Positions 1 through 10,085 of a stretch of DNA of 39,688 nucleotides are shown in pieces. Origin of the DNA: Promethearchaeota archaeon (GTDB lineage Archaea > Asgardarchaeota > Lokiarchaeia > Sigyniarchaeales > SOKP01); assembly GCA_004524535.1 (NCBI GenBank), contig SDNY01000020.1:1-39688 (forward strand), read 5' to 3'. Every line of letters starts with the position of its first letter. Position 1 is the stretch's first letter. The translations under genes were made by a program, and so were the position numbers. Below the pieces are notes generated by a model that had not been told where the DNA came from, made no database searches, and worked only from the letters and a program-made list of their open reading frames with translations.

Positions 1-41
1 AAAAAAATAAATTAGTTAATTTGAAAAAAGAAGGGTACAAA

Positions 42-515
42 TTATTCTTGACTCTTGTACATTGAGTACCCAATAAGATAGGCCAAAATAACTACTCCAA
101 ACGAAATCGCACCGGCAATATAGAACCACCTTCCAAGCTCTCCTAAAAGGTCCATGATTATCCACTGGAACAACCACATCACCGAAGCAGCAGCCATACC
201 AAAAATCATATCCCATAGAAAATTCCAAAAAGAGTCTTGGCGATCTTCGAATTTCCAACCTAATAAATAGAGAACCACGTTTTCAAAGAACTCCCAAAAT
301 AGCAATAGAAATAGAACTATAATTATAATACTCCACCATGGAATTAAAGCTTGTCCTCCTAACGCTTCGGGAACAGTTATAAATAAGGATACGAGCAAAA
401 ATAACGCGATGCCCAGAGCTAGATGTCCCCAAGAATAAAAATCCCAAGGTGACCGCCCAACATAATCGGAATCTAAGCCAACCAAGGGGATATGTTTTGG
501 ATCATCTTTACCCAT
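42..515 (-). CDS. Integral membrane protein, about 4 TM helices, with an H...E...D motif set (putative membrane metal-binding/hydrolase-like protein)
   Basis: Hydrophobic segments; motifs DFYSWGH, WEFFEN, DSFWNFLWD; SD-like AGGTGA upstream of ATG. Confidence 0.6.
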   Translation of the reverse strand: MGKDDPKHIPLVGLDSDYVGRSPWDFYSWGHLALGIALFLLVSLFITVPEALGGQALIPWWSIIIIVLFLLLFWEFFENVVLYLLGWKFEDRQDSFWNFLWDMIFGMAAASVMWLFQWIIMDLLGELGRWFYIAGAISFGVVILAYLIGYSMYKSQE

Positions 516-1133
516 AATAATCTCACCTTTTTACAAATATATTTGATTTTTTATTGAAATTAAATCTCAATTAAAAGATAAATTATTTTAAATGAATTTA
601 AAATTATGGTATAGCCCAAAAAATTCACTCTAATACTCGTTTAAATATAAATTTTTCCTTATCAAGTTCGTAATAAAAGGATAATTTTTCTCAATCATAT
701 CATTTTAATTCTTTTTTTGAAAAAAAATTGGGATAATTTGCTTCAAAAAAAGTAATTTTTATCCCATGAATTTCATGAAAATTTTTTTTTTTTAATTAAA
801 TTTATGCGTTTATTTTCCTTTTATTATTCGATTATTATCTAAAAATTCCCGAAATTTTTTGAGACTCTCAATCTATGTTGTAGCAATCTATTTTATAGAA
901 TAATCGAATAGAGCTTTCATAAAATTGATACTTTATCAGTTAAATTTTTATACTTGAAAAAATATATATACTTTTGAAGAGAATTTTTCTTCTCGTAATG
1001 GAATGTTTAGCCATTAATTTATTCCTCCACTAGGTTTATATACTTATGACTATATTACATTCCATTACTTTTTTTTCTTATAATCAGTTTCCTTCTTATT
1101 AATTTTTTCTTAAGAAAAATTAAAAAGCTTTAT

Positions 1134-2339
1134 TTAAATTGTTTCTTCAGCTCTTACTTTTTTTATCTCTTTTATAAGAGAAGGTATGACCTTATGAAGG
1201 TCTCCAACTATGCCATAATGAGCGGTTTTAAAGATTGGAGCATTTTCATCTTTATTAATTGCTACTATTATATCAGAATTTTGCATACCGACGATGTGTT
1301 GAATTGCTCCTGATATACCACAAGCTATATATAATCTTGGCGAAACTGTTTTTCCTGTCTGCCCAACTTGATGGTCATTATCAATCCAATTGAGTTCTAC
1401 GGCTACTCTTGATCCTCCCACTTCTGCATTTAAAGTAGTAGCTAATTCTTCTATGATCTTAAAATTTTCTTTAGAACCCACACCTCTTCCCCCAGAAACA
1501 ATTATTTCTGCCTCTTCAAGATTTACTGTAACTTTTTCTTTAGTAATTATCTTTACAATTTTTGAAACCGTATCTTTTTCTTTAAAATCATAATCAATTT
1601 TTCTTATTTTTATTTCTTTTTTAACCTTTTCAGGGGTCTTAAATATTCCAGGCCTAACGGTAGCCATCTGTGGTCTGCTCCTTGGAGTTCTAATTGTGGC
1701 CATTATATTTCCCCCAAATGTAGGGCGAGTTTGTAGTAAATTTCTTGTTTCAGCATCAATATCTAATCCAGTACAATCTGCTGTAAGACCCGCATTTAAT
1801 CTTTTTGCTACTCTTGGAGCAAAATCTCTTCCAGTTGGCGTTGCTCCAATTAATATAATTTCTGGTTTATTTTTACTAATTAATTCAGTTAATACCTTTA
1901 CATATAAATCAGAATAATAATCTTTCAAAATTTTAGATTTAACATAAATTATCTCATCTACGCCGTAATAACTAAATTCATCCAATAGATTGTCAAAATT
2001 AGCTCCTAATATCACTAAGGTCAAATTTACCTTTAAAATATCTGCTAATTCTCTCCCTTTTCCTAACAGTTGATACGCGACATCATGAATTTTATCTTTA
2101 TAATGTTCTGCTATAACCCAAATTCCCTTGTATTTAGAGATATCAACTCTTTTGACTTTAAATTCCTCACGTTCTAAAATAATCGCTTCAACAGTACACG
2201 CCTCCACACAAGCACCACATAAATTGCAATCTTCTGTAATATGGGCTTTGTCATCTATTATTTCAATCCCCCCATAGGGACATGAAGCTACACAAGAACC
2301 ACACCCAGTACATAACTCATCATCTATTCGAATGCTCAT
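1134..2339 (-). CDS. etfA: Electron transfer flavoprotein alpha subunit with N-terminal 2x[4Fe-4S] ferredoxin domain
   Basis: CTGCGSCVASCP and CNLCGACVEAC; RPTFGG, QVGQTGK, GISGAIQH, AINKD motifs. Confidence 0.95.
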   Translation of the reverse strand: MSIRIDDELCTGCGSCVASCPYGGIEIIDDKAHITEDCNLCGACVEACTVEAIILEREEFKVKRVDISKYKGIWVIAEHYKDKIHDVAYQLLGKGRELADILKVNLTLVILGANFDNLLDEFSYYGVDEIIYVKSKILKDYYSDLYVKVLTELISKNKPEIILIGATPTGRDFAPRVAKRLNAGLTADCTGLDIDAETRNLLQTRPTFGGNIMATIRTPRSRPQMATVRPGIFKTPEKVKKEIKIRKIDYDFKEKDTVSKIVKIITKEKVTVNLEEAEIIVSGGRGVGSKENFKIIEELATTLNAEVGGSRVAVELNWIDNDHQVGQTGKTVSPRLYIACGISGAIQHIVGMQNSDIIVAINKDENAPIFKTAHYGIVGDLHKVIPSLIKEIKKVRAEETI

Positions 2340-2354
2340 TTTTTTGTCCTCCTC

Positions 2355-3164
2355 TTAAAAAATTTTATCCTCCTTTAATTTTTGACAAAGTTCACGAGAC
2401 ATCTCTTCTATAGTTCCAGTTAATTTGATATGTTCCCCTTTTCGTTCAGGAATAAAAATTTTCCAGACTTCTGTTTGTGAACCAGTTAATCCAATAAATG
2501 CCTTATCTGCATTTAACGCCTTAGCATCTAATTTAGTTACTTCCTTTTGTTCATATGCGTCTATGATTCCAGACATAGTAGGATACTTAGGCGTATTAAT
2601 TTGTTTTAAAACAGAGATTAATACGGGTAATTTGGTTTCAATAACTACAATTTCTTCAGTTCTAAAGACTCTCTCAGCAATAATACTATCATCGTCTTTT
2701 AATTCGAATTTTTGAACATATGTTATTTGTGGAATCTGTAGTTCTTCTGCCAATTCAGGACCCACTTGTGCCGTATCTCCATCAATCGCTTGGGTTCCAC
2801 AAATTATAATATATTTCTCATCCTTTTTTGAATCATTCAATATTTTTTTAATAGATAAGGCTAGAGCATGTGACGTAGCTAATGTATCTGCCCCTGCGAA
2901 TGCTCTATCGGTTAATAGGAAGGCTCTGTCCGCGCCCATAGCTAGTGCTTCCCGTAATGCTTTTTCTGCTTGAGATGGTCCCATGCTGATTGCTATTACT
3001 TCAGCTTCACGCTCTTCTTTTATTTTTAAAGCCAATTCGATTCCATTTTTGTCCATCGGATTGATGATTGATGGTATTCCCTCTCTTATCAAAGTATTAG
3101 TTTTTGGATCAATTTTAACTTCTGATATGCCGGGTACTTGTTTAATACAGACGAAAATCTTCAT
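2355..3164 (-). CDS. etfB: Electron transfer flavoprotein beta subunit
   Basis: CIKQVP, ALAMGAD, GADTLATS, DGDTAQVGP motifs; adjacent to etfA. Confidence 0.95.
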   Translation of the reverse strand: MKIFVCIKQVPGISEVKIDPKTNTLIREGIPSIINPMDKNGIELALKIKEEREAEVIAISMGPSQAEKALREALAMGADRAFLLTDRAFAGADTLATSHALALSIKKILNDSKKDEKYIIICGTQAIDGDTAQVGPELAEELQIPQITYVQKFELKDDDSIIAERVFRTEEIVVIETKLPVLISVLKQINTPKYPTMSGIIDAYEQKEVTKLDAKALNADKAFIGLTGSQTEVWKIFIPERKGEHIKLTGTIEEMSRELCQKLKEDKIF

Positions 3165-3494
3165 TTTTCAATATTTTAGGTTAAAACTTGTTAAACTTTA
3201 TAATATTAATAATTTTAAATATTTTTTATTCGTAAATTATTTTCACAAATTATTTGTTTTCGCAAGGAATTCAATTTGAGATATAAATATAATTTTTATT
3301 ATTAGAAAACCTTTCTAAATTAATTAACAGATATTATTGAATCTGTCATAAAAGATGCAGAAAAATATATAAAAAGGGCTTCTAATTTAGCAAAGTAGTC
3401 CTAAGTTCTCTTTTTTTTTTGATGAGTTAGGTTTCTGCCTTCTCTATATTTTATAAAATTTTAAAACACGAAAGTTTTTTTATTTCATTAGTTC

Positions 3495-4649
3495 TTAAAG
3501 TGTCATTCTTAATAAATGGTTAGCGATAACCATTCGCTGAATTTCACTCGTCCCTTCATATATCTCCGCCATCTTGGCATCTCTGAAATATCGCTCAACA
3601 GGGTAAGCTTTCATCAATCCATAAGCCCCATGTATTTGAATTGCATCGTGAGCTGCCTGCATTGCAGCTTCAGAGGCTTTAAGCTTTGCCATTGAACTAA
3701 CCAATCCATAAGGGATACCATTATCGCGCATCCATGCTGCTTTATAGGTTAATAATCGAGAACACTCGACAGCAACTCCCATATCAGCAATTTTCCATTG
3801 TACACCTTGAAATCGTCCAATAGGTTTTCCAAATTGTATCCTTTCATTTGCGTATTTAATTGAAGCTTCGAGTGCTGCTTGTCCTAATCCGACGCATTGT
3901 GCTGCCATAAGAATTCGACCATAATCTAGAATTTGTAAACCTAATCTAAATCCTTGTCCAACGCCACCTAAGACATTTTCTTTAGGAATTCGGACATCTT
4001 GAAAAACAAGCTCTGAAGTATTAGATGCTCTTACGCCCAGTTTATCTTCTCTGACACCTACAGAATATCCTGGTGTGTGTGTATCTACTATAAAAATGGT
4101 TAATTCTGGTCTTTTTCCCTTTTCTCCTGTTTTTGTTACGACGAGTAAAACCTCAGCAATACCTCCATTTGTAGCAAAAATTTTACTACCATTTAAAACC
4201 CATTCATCACCATCTAAATATGCGTTCATTTCAACACCGTGAGCATCAGAACCGGCGTTCGCTTCAGTTAATGCGAAAACACCCAATTTATCGCCCTTCG
4301 CAAGCGGAATTAAAAATTCTTGCTTTTGTTCTTCTGTTCCAAAAATATATATGGGATAAGCGCAAACACTCGCATGAACACCAGTTGTAATCGACCAAGA
4401 AGCGTCAATCCTTCCAATTTCTTCAGTAATAATACAAAAACTTACAGTATCATCATGTAATCCAGCACCTCCGTACTCCTTTGGAACACAAGTACCAAAA
4501 TACCCCATTCTTTTCATTTCTTCCATTACTCTTGGATCTAACTGTGAGTTCTGGTCACTCTCTTCTGCAATTGGAGCAATAAATTCCTCCGCAAACTCAC
4601 GAGTGATTTTGCGTATCATTTCTTGTTTAGGAGTAAGCTTAAAATTCAT
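3495..4649 (-). CDS. Acyl-CoA dehydrogenase (short/branched-chain type)
   Basis: FALTEANAGSD, LNGSKIF, KLGVRAS, QFGKPI, QIHG, EIYEGTSEIQR. Confidence 0.93.
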   Translation of the reverse strand: MNFKLTPKQEMIRKITREFAEEFIAPIAEESDQNSQLDPRVMEEMKRMGYFGTCVPKEYGGAGLHDDTVSFCIITEEIGRIDASWSITTGVHASVCAYPIYIFGTEEQKQEFLIPLAKGDKLGVFALTEANAGSDAHGVEMNAYLDGDEWVLNGSKIFATNGGIAEVLLVVTKTGEKGKRPELTIFIVDTHTPGYSVGVREDKLGVRASNTSELVFQDVRIPKENVLGGVGQGFRLGLQILDYGRILMAAQCVGLGQAALEASIKYANERIQFGKPIGRFQGVQWKIADMGVAVECSRLLTYKAAWMRDNGIPYGLVSSMAKLKASEAAMQAAHDAIQIHGAYGLMKAYPVERYFRDAKMAEIYEGTSEIQRMVIANHLLRMTL

Positions 4650-4887
4650 AATAAACCATCAAGTACCTAATTTCTTCTTAAATCTCTTTTGAAATAATAT
4701 TCTTTCAAGAAAATTAAATGGTTTAGTTATTAATTATAAATATATTTTATCAATAACATTAAACTTATTATCTATATCTAACAATGAAAACATCCTTTAT
4801 TCAAAAGATTAAATGGTTTCAATAATTATTAAAATTATATTTTATCAAATTAAATTTTGAATAATACTCAATTGGTAAGATTATATT

Positions 4888-6561
4888 ATGTGGGAAAAAG
4901 AATACTTAGAAAAAATCAGCAAAGCCAAATTAGAATGGGAAGAAAAATTTAAAAATAGCAAGGAACGTGATGGTAAATTTGAAACTGACTCTGAAATTCC
5001 AATTAAAAGATTATATACTCCATTAGATGTCAAAGGCGACTATTTAGACAAGGTCAACTTCCCTGGACGTGCTCCATACACACGTGGGATATATCCGACT
5101 ATGTATAGAGGTCGTGTATGGACAATGAGATTGTTTTCAGGTCATGGTACCCCAGAAGAAACCAATAAGCGATGGAAATTTTTATACGATAATGGTGAAA
5201 CTGGATTCAGTGCCGCTGTTGATGCTTTAACATTTAATGGTATTGATCCAACAAATCCAGATGGTTCACCAGAGGTCGGTACCTCAGGGGTTCCTTTATA
5301 TTGTATTGATAGCTTATTTGCTCTCACAGAAGATATCCCTATTGATAAGATTAGTGTTGCTTTAGTTGTTGAGCCCTTTACTTCTGCTCCAGTATGTTCT
5401 ATGTATTTTAATATGGCAAAAATGCGTGGATATGACATTAAAAATCTGGTGGGAACTACTCAAAATGATATTTTAACTATGACAGTTGGATATATTCCCT
5501 ATAAAAATGTTGCACCAAATCATCTACTTCGGCTAGCATGTGATTTTATTGAATGGACTGTAGCAATGAAAAATGTGCCTAAATGGCATCCGATAAATTT
5601 TACGGGATATAATTATCGTGAAGGGGGCATTGATGCCGTTCAAGAATTAGGATTTGTATTTGCAAGTGCCTGTTCCCATATTGATAATCTTATTGAAAGG
5701 GGTTGGAAAGTTGATGATTTTGTAGGCAGACTTGCCTTTCATTTAGCAGCACATAAGGATTTTTTTGAAGAAATTGCTAAATTTCGAGCCGCAAGAAGAA
5801 TTTGGTATAAATTAATGACAGATAGATATGAGTCAAAAGATGAAAGGAATCATGGGTTTCGCTTTCACATCCAAACGGCTGGATCATCTTTAACGGCACA
5901 AACACCCTTGGTTAATATAATAAGAACTGCGATTCAAGGTTTAGAAGCAACAATAGGCGGATGTCAATCCCTTCACACGAATTCCTACGATGAAGCAATT
6001 TGTTTGCCTTCAGAAGAGGCCGCTCTAATAGCGCTTAGGACACAACAAGTATTATCAGACGAAACTCGCATCACGAACACTGTTGATCCATTGGCTGGTT
6101 CTTATTATGTTGAATGGTTAACTGATGAGATCGAGGAAAGAGTATGGAAATATATTGAGAAAATAGAAAAAGTAGGAAATATTGCTAAGGCTCTCTCTAC
6201 AGGATTTTTATACAAAGAAATGAGAGATGCATTTCACCGTAGACAAGCTCGTATTGAAAAGGGCGAAGAAATCATGTTAGGTGTCAATAAATATGCTGTC
6301 CCCTATGACGAAGTTACAGATGTATTCAGAACAAATAAAGAAGCTGTAAAAATTGAACAAGAAAGAATTAGAAAGCTTAAAGAAAGAAGAGATAATGCGA
6401 AATTAGAGAGAATTCTGGACGATCTCCGTAAGGTGTGCGAGAAAGAGGAAAATGTAATGCCTGTTATAATGGAAGCTACTAAAGAAGGAGCGACTGTAGG
6501 CGAGATTTGTGATATCTACAGAGAAATATGGGGTATCTGGGATCCTCCCTTAGCTATTTAA
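4888..6561 (+). CDS. Adenosylcobalamin-dependent acyl-CoA mutase, large substrate-binding subunit (methylmalonyl/isobutyryl-CoA mutase family)
   Basis: PYTRGIYPTMY, GTTQND, FFEEIAKFRAARRIW, QSLHTNSYDEA, DPLAGSYYVE. Confidence 0.93.
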   Translation: MWEKEYLEKISKAKLEWEEKFKNSKERDGKFETDSEIPIKRLYTPLDVKGDYLDKVNFPGRAPYTRGIYPTMYRGRVWTMRLFSGHGTPEETNKRWKFLYDNGETGFSAAVDALTFNGIDPTNPDGSPEVGTSGVPLYCIDSLFALTEDIPIDKISVALVVEPFTSAPVCSMYFNMAKMRGYDIKNLVGTTQNDILTMTVGYIPYKNVAPNHLLRLACDFIEWTVAMKNVPKWHPINFTGYNYREGGIDAVQELGFVFASACSHIDNLIERGWKVDDFVGRLAFHLAAHKDFFEEIAKFRAARRIWYKLMTDRYESKDERNHGFRFHIQTAGSSLTAQTPLVNIIRTAIQGLEATIGGCQSLHTNSYDEAICLPSEEAALIALRTQQVLSDETRITNTVDPLAGSYYVEWLTDEIEERVWKYIEKIEKVGNIAKALSTGFLYKEMRDAFHRRQARIEKGEEIMLGVNKYAVPYDEVTDVFRTNKEAVKIEQERIRKLKERRDNAKLERILDDLRKVCEKEENVMPVIMEATKEGATVGEICDIYREIWGIWDPPLAI

Positions 6562-6579
6562 GATTTAGAGGTTATTACA

Positions 6580-6978
6580 ATGGCAGATGGAAAAATTAGG
6601 GTTTTAATGTCAAAACCAGGAATTGATGGGCATTGGCGTGGCGGGATTGTTATCTCAAGAGCGCTAAGAGATGCTGGGATGGAACTTATATTTGGTGGAT
6701 TTCAGAATGTTGAGCAATGTGTTGAATCTGCTATCCAAGAAGATGTGGATGTCATAGGGTTAAGTATACATTCAGGTGCACATTTCGCATATGTAAAGAG
6801 GCTTTTAGATTTGATAGAAGAAAAAGGACTTACGGACCAATTTATGTTACTTGTCGGAGGTGTAATTCCTGCTAGGGATTTTTCCGAGCTTAAGAAAATG
6901 GGAGTAGCTAATGTTTATGGTCCCGGTACTATGACTAAAGATGTTGTTGAATTTATTAAAGAAAATATTAAGAAATAG
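6580..6978 (+). CDS. Acyl-CoA mutase small cobalamin-binding subunit
   Basis: DGHWRG (DxHxxG), IGLSIHSG, VGGVIP, YGPGT. Confidence 0.93.
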   Translation: MADGKIRVLMSKPGIDGHWRGGIVISRALRDAGMELIFGGFQNVEQCVESAIQEDVDVIGLSIHSGAHFAYVKRLLDLIEEKGLTDQFMLLVGGVIPARDFSELKKMGVANVYGPGTMTKDVVEFIKENIKK

Positions 6979-7044
6979 TATGATATAGATTTTGAAAATA
7001 ACAATTTAAGCAATAAAGGAATAAATTTTTGGAGTTTTATTTAT

Positions 7045-8016
7045 TTGAGAAGAGAGTATGATATTGATCTTTTAATTAGAAAATTTAAAGAGAAAGATAA
7101 AATAGCTTTAGCAAGGTTAATTTCTATTATAGAAAATCATCCTGAAAAAGCTTCAGACATTTTTAAAAATTTTAATCATATTAAACATGATTCCTACATT
7201 ATAGGAATAACAGGATCTCCAGGTGTTGGAAAGAGTACTTTAACTGGAGCTATAGCTAAGAGACTCCTGAAAGAAGGGAAATCTATCGGTGTAATTTCAG
7301 TCGATCCAACTTCTCCTTTCAGTGGAGGTGCATTTTTAGGAGATAGAGTAAGGATGACAGAAGTTTCATTGGATCCCAATATCTTTATCAGAAGTCTTGC
7401 TTCGAGAGGGTATAGAGGTGGTATCTCAAGAGCTGTGCTTGATATTACATTATTATACGAAGCTTTTGGGATGGATTTCATTATTATCGAAACGGTAGGC
7501 GTCGGACAATCTGAATTTGAGATATACAATTTAGCTTATACGATTATTGTTGTCATGGTCCCAGGTTACGGAGATGCTATTCAAATGCAGAAAGCGGGAA
7601 TTATTGAAATAGGAGATATATACGATGTCAACAAAAAAGATCTGGGTGGTGCTGATATAGCTGCTCATATAGATATGATGCTTGACGACTCAACATTTCA
7701 AGGTGGCTGGAGACCACCTATTGTGCAGACAAATTCTATTACAGGTGATGGAGTGGATGAGCTAATTGAAAACATCTGGGATCATAAAGAACACATTGAA
7801 CTCTCTGATTTATTATCAGAGAAGAAAAAAATTCGTTTTGCTTATAAAATAAAGGAATTACTTTATTATAAGATTGATATAGTCTTAGAAAGTCTCATTA
7901 ATCAAGATGAGTTAAATCATATAACAACAAAAGCATTAGAAAATAAATTCCAGATATACGATTTAGTTCATGATCTATTCAGCGATGTTAAATTTGAACG
8001 AAAAAGTAAGAGTTAG
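7045..8016 (+). CDS. meaB: MeaB/ArgK-family mutase-associated GTPase chaperone
   Basis: GITGSPGVGKST, VDPTSPFSGGAFLGDRVRM, ETVGVGQSE, GDAIQMQKAG; third gene of the mutase operon; TTG start. Confidence 0.93.
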   Translation: MRREYDIDLLIRKFKEKDKIALARLISIIENHPEKASDIFKNFNHIKHDSYIIGITGSPGVGKSTLTGAIAKRLLKEGKSIGVISVDPTSPFSGGAFLGDRVRMTEVSLDPNIFIRSLASRGYRGGISRAVLDITLLYEAFGMDFIIIETVGVGQSEFEIYNLAYTIIVVMVPGYGDAIQMQKAGIIEIGDIYDVNKKDLGGADIAAHIDMMLDDSTFQGGWRPPIVQTNSITGDGVDELIENIWDHKEHIELSDLLSEKKKIRFAYKIKELLYYKIDIVLESLINQDELNHITTKALENKFQIYDLVHDLFSDVKFERKSKS

Positions 8017-8032
8017 TCCGTTTTTGGTCTTA

Positions 8033-8260
8033 CTAGTTATTTTTACTCCCTTTATAGTTAGGCGTTAATGCGTGGCAGTTAGGGCAGAGAAGTTCAAGGT
8101 TTTCAGGTCTGTTGTTCTGACGATTTCCATCGATGTGGTGTATATCGAGAGGAGATTTTCTAGTGTAAGGATTGATTTCATGCCTCCTACATTTTGGACA
8201 CATTCCTCGCGAAGTAATTAAAGAACAACAATGTTTTATTAAAGAAAAAAATATAAACAA
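8033..8260 (-). pseudogene. Small or truncated HNH endonuclease (zinc-binding HNH core)
   Basis: CPKC...LDIHHIDGNRQNNRPENLELLCPNCH; the 5' part looks like AT-rich non-coding sequence, so the start is uncertain. Confidence 0.7.
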
Positions 8261-8297
8261 TAATAAAAAAACAATTTAAAAAATACTCAAGATTGCA

Positions 8298-9020
8298 TTG
8301 ATAACTAATTTAAATCCTGAAACTATAGATGCCTTTGATAAGATAAGGAAGGTTTATTTATTAGAAAAATTTGAAAATCTTTCTGAAGAAACTGAAGATA
8401 TATTAAAAAGTAATTTGGAAAATGAAGAGTATTTAATGGATATTAAATCTACGATAGAATTAATAATTGAATCTAAATTTGAAAATAAGATCAGCGAATT
8501 TGAAGAGCTTTTTGATTTACCAGATCTTAACGAAGAATTAAGTTTAGCTCGTACATGTTTAATAGATTTGCTTAAAGGAGATCCGGACGTTGAATGTATT
8601 AAGAGCTATATAATTTATAATTCAGCAGCGGGTACCATAAAATTTGGATGGAATCACTCAATTTTTAAAAAAGATATTGAGTTAGTAATAGGTCTATTCA
8701 CAGCAATAACCAGCTTTAGTAAAGAAGCAATTGAAAGGCAATTAAAAGGCTTAAGTGTTGAAGGAATGGAATTTAAGATGATCCGCTTTGAAAAAAGTGA
8801 TTTAGCAATATTATTCATTTTAAGTAGAGAACCTTCACCCATTTTGATAAATAGAATGAATCAATTTTCAACTGAATTGCAAAAAGAAATGTTAGATCTA
8901 TTTTTGACAAAGGATTTTATTGATTTTACTCGTGATGAAAACGTGAAAAAGAAAATATATGATATTATGGTTCAAACTTTAAAATTTGATTTAAAAAAAT
9001 TAACAGAAATTAACGAATAA
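8298..9020 (+). CDS. Protein with C-terminal longin/roadblock-like domain (Asgard-type)
   Basis: YIIYNSAAG...ELVIGLFTAITSFSKE...GLSVEG pattern resembles the longin fold; acidic helical N-terminus. Confidence 0.55.
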   Translation: MITNLNPETIDAFDKIRKVYLLEKFENLSEETEDILKSNLENEEYLMDIKSTIELIIESKFENKISEFEELFDLPDLNEELSLARTCLIDLLKGDPDVECIKSYIIYNSAAGTIKFGWNHSIFKKDIELVIGLFTAITSFSKEAIERQLKGLSVEGMEFKMIRFEKSDLAILFILSREPSPILINRMNQFSTELQKEMLDLFLTKDFIDFTRDENVKKKIYDIMVQTLKFDLKKLTEINE

Positions 9021-9022
9021 AC

Positions 9023-9679
9023 ATGAGTGTAAAGGATTCTTTAAATTTATTACAGAAGAATATTATAAATTTTCAAAATATCGTTAAAGAGAGCATATTT
9101 AATTTAGGTAAATTTAAAGTATCAGTCATTAAACCTAATAATGAGACAGAATTAATGCCTCTTTCCATGGGACTTTATTTTATAAGAAATACAATCAAAG
9201 AAATACTAAATTCTGATATTAAATTAAAAGATTTTAATAAATTGCAAAAAACAATTAAAATATTATTTCAAAAATTTATTGATACTAACGAATTAATTAA
9301 ATTCGATAAGGGAGAAGATCTATTTAAAAAACTAAATGAAAATGATTCTATATCACCGTTTAAACTTTTATTTTGCGATGTTTTTCAAGAAAAAATTAAG
9401 AGAGATGCGTTCAAAGCTAAATGTAATGAATTAAAAGAGTGTGTAAGTAATTTTAATAGTTTCAAAGAAAAATTTAAAGAGCTTAATTCCAAAATTCAAT
9501 ATTTTGAGGCTTTAAGAAAAAAACTTGAAGAGTATCAAAATATCTTAAATAGCGGAAATTTAAAAAAGATTAATCAAAAAAATTTGGAAGATTTTAGACT
9601 GTTTCGCAGTTTCTATCCTTTAAACGCTAACTCTGAATATTTAATAGATATCAAAAATAGAAGCATCATTAAAATATAA
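9023..9679 (+). CDS. Hypothetical protein, helical/coiled-coil
   Basis: 218-aa ORF starting 2 nt after the previous stop; heptad-like C-terminal region. Confidence 0.6.
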   Translation: MSVKDSLNLLQKNIINFQNIVKESIFNLGKFKVSVIKPNNETELMPLSMGLYFIRNTIKEILNSDIKLKDFNKLQKTIKILFQKFIDTNELIKFDKGEDLFKKLNENDSISPFKLLFCDVFQEKIKRDAFKAKCNELKECVSNFNSFKEKFKELNSKIQYFEALRKKLEEYQNILNSGNLKKINQKNLEDFRLFRSFYPLNANSEYLIDIKNRSIIKI

Positions 9680-10047
9680 TGGGTGGAGTCATGGATTCAA
9701 AAGAAGTCATAGAATTAATATTAAAAGAAATAAAAACAAATAGCTATATCAATATTTCAGAATTTTTAAAGAAAAATAAGTTAAAAAATTTTAAAACGAA
9801 AGATATAATTGAAGAAATCGAGAGAAATTATAATAAGCAATTAATTTTAGATTTAAAAAATAAAGAAGTGTATTCATATAATTTAGTTTATAATTATCTT
9901 AAACTGAAATTATTCAAATTGTTGGAAAAGGGAAACGATATTGATCTCAGTTCTGATGATTTTAAAGCATTTAAACCGGATGATTTGATCCGGATTATTA
10001 GCATAATCGATTCAGAATTTTTGAATTACTTATTAGATAATATCTAA
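9679..10047 (+). CDS. Hypothetical protein (possible winged-helix)
   Basis: TAATG stop/start overlap with the upstream ORF; alternative ATG at 9691 preceded by GGTGGAG. Confidence 0.55.
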   Translation: MGGVMDSKEVIELILKEIKTNSYINISEFLKKNKLKNFKTKDIIEEIERNYNKQLILDLKNKEVYSYNLVYNYLKLKLFKLLEKGNDIDLSSDDFKAFKPDDLIRIISIIDSEFLNYLLDNI

Positions 10048-10085
10048 AAATTTATTAAAAATTAAGTAAAAAAAAAGAAATTAAA

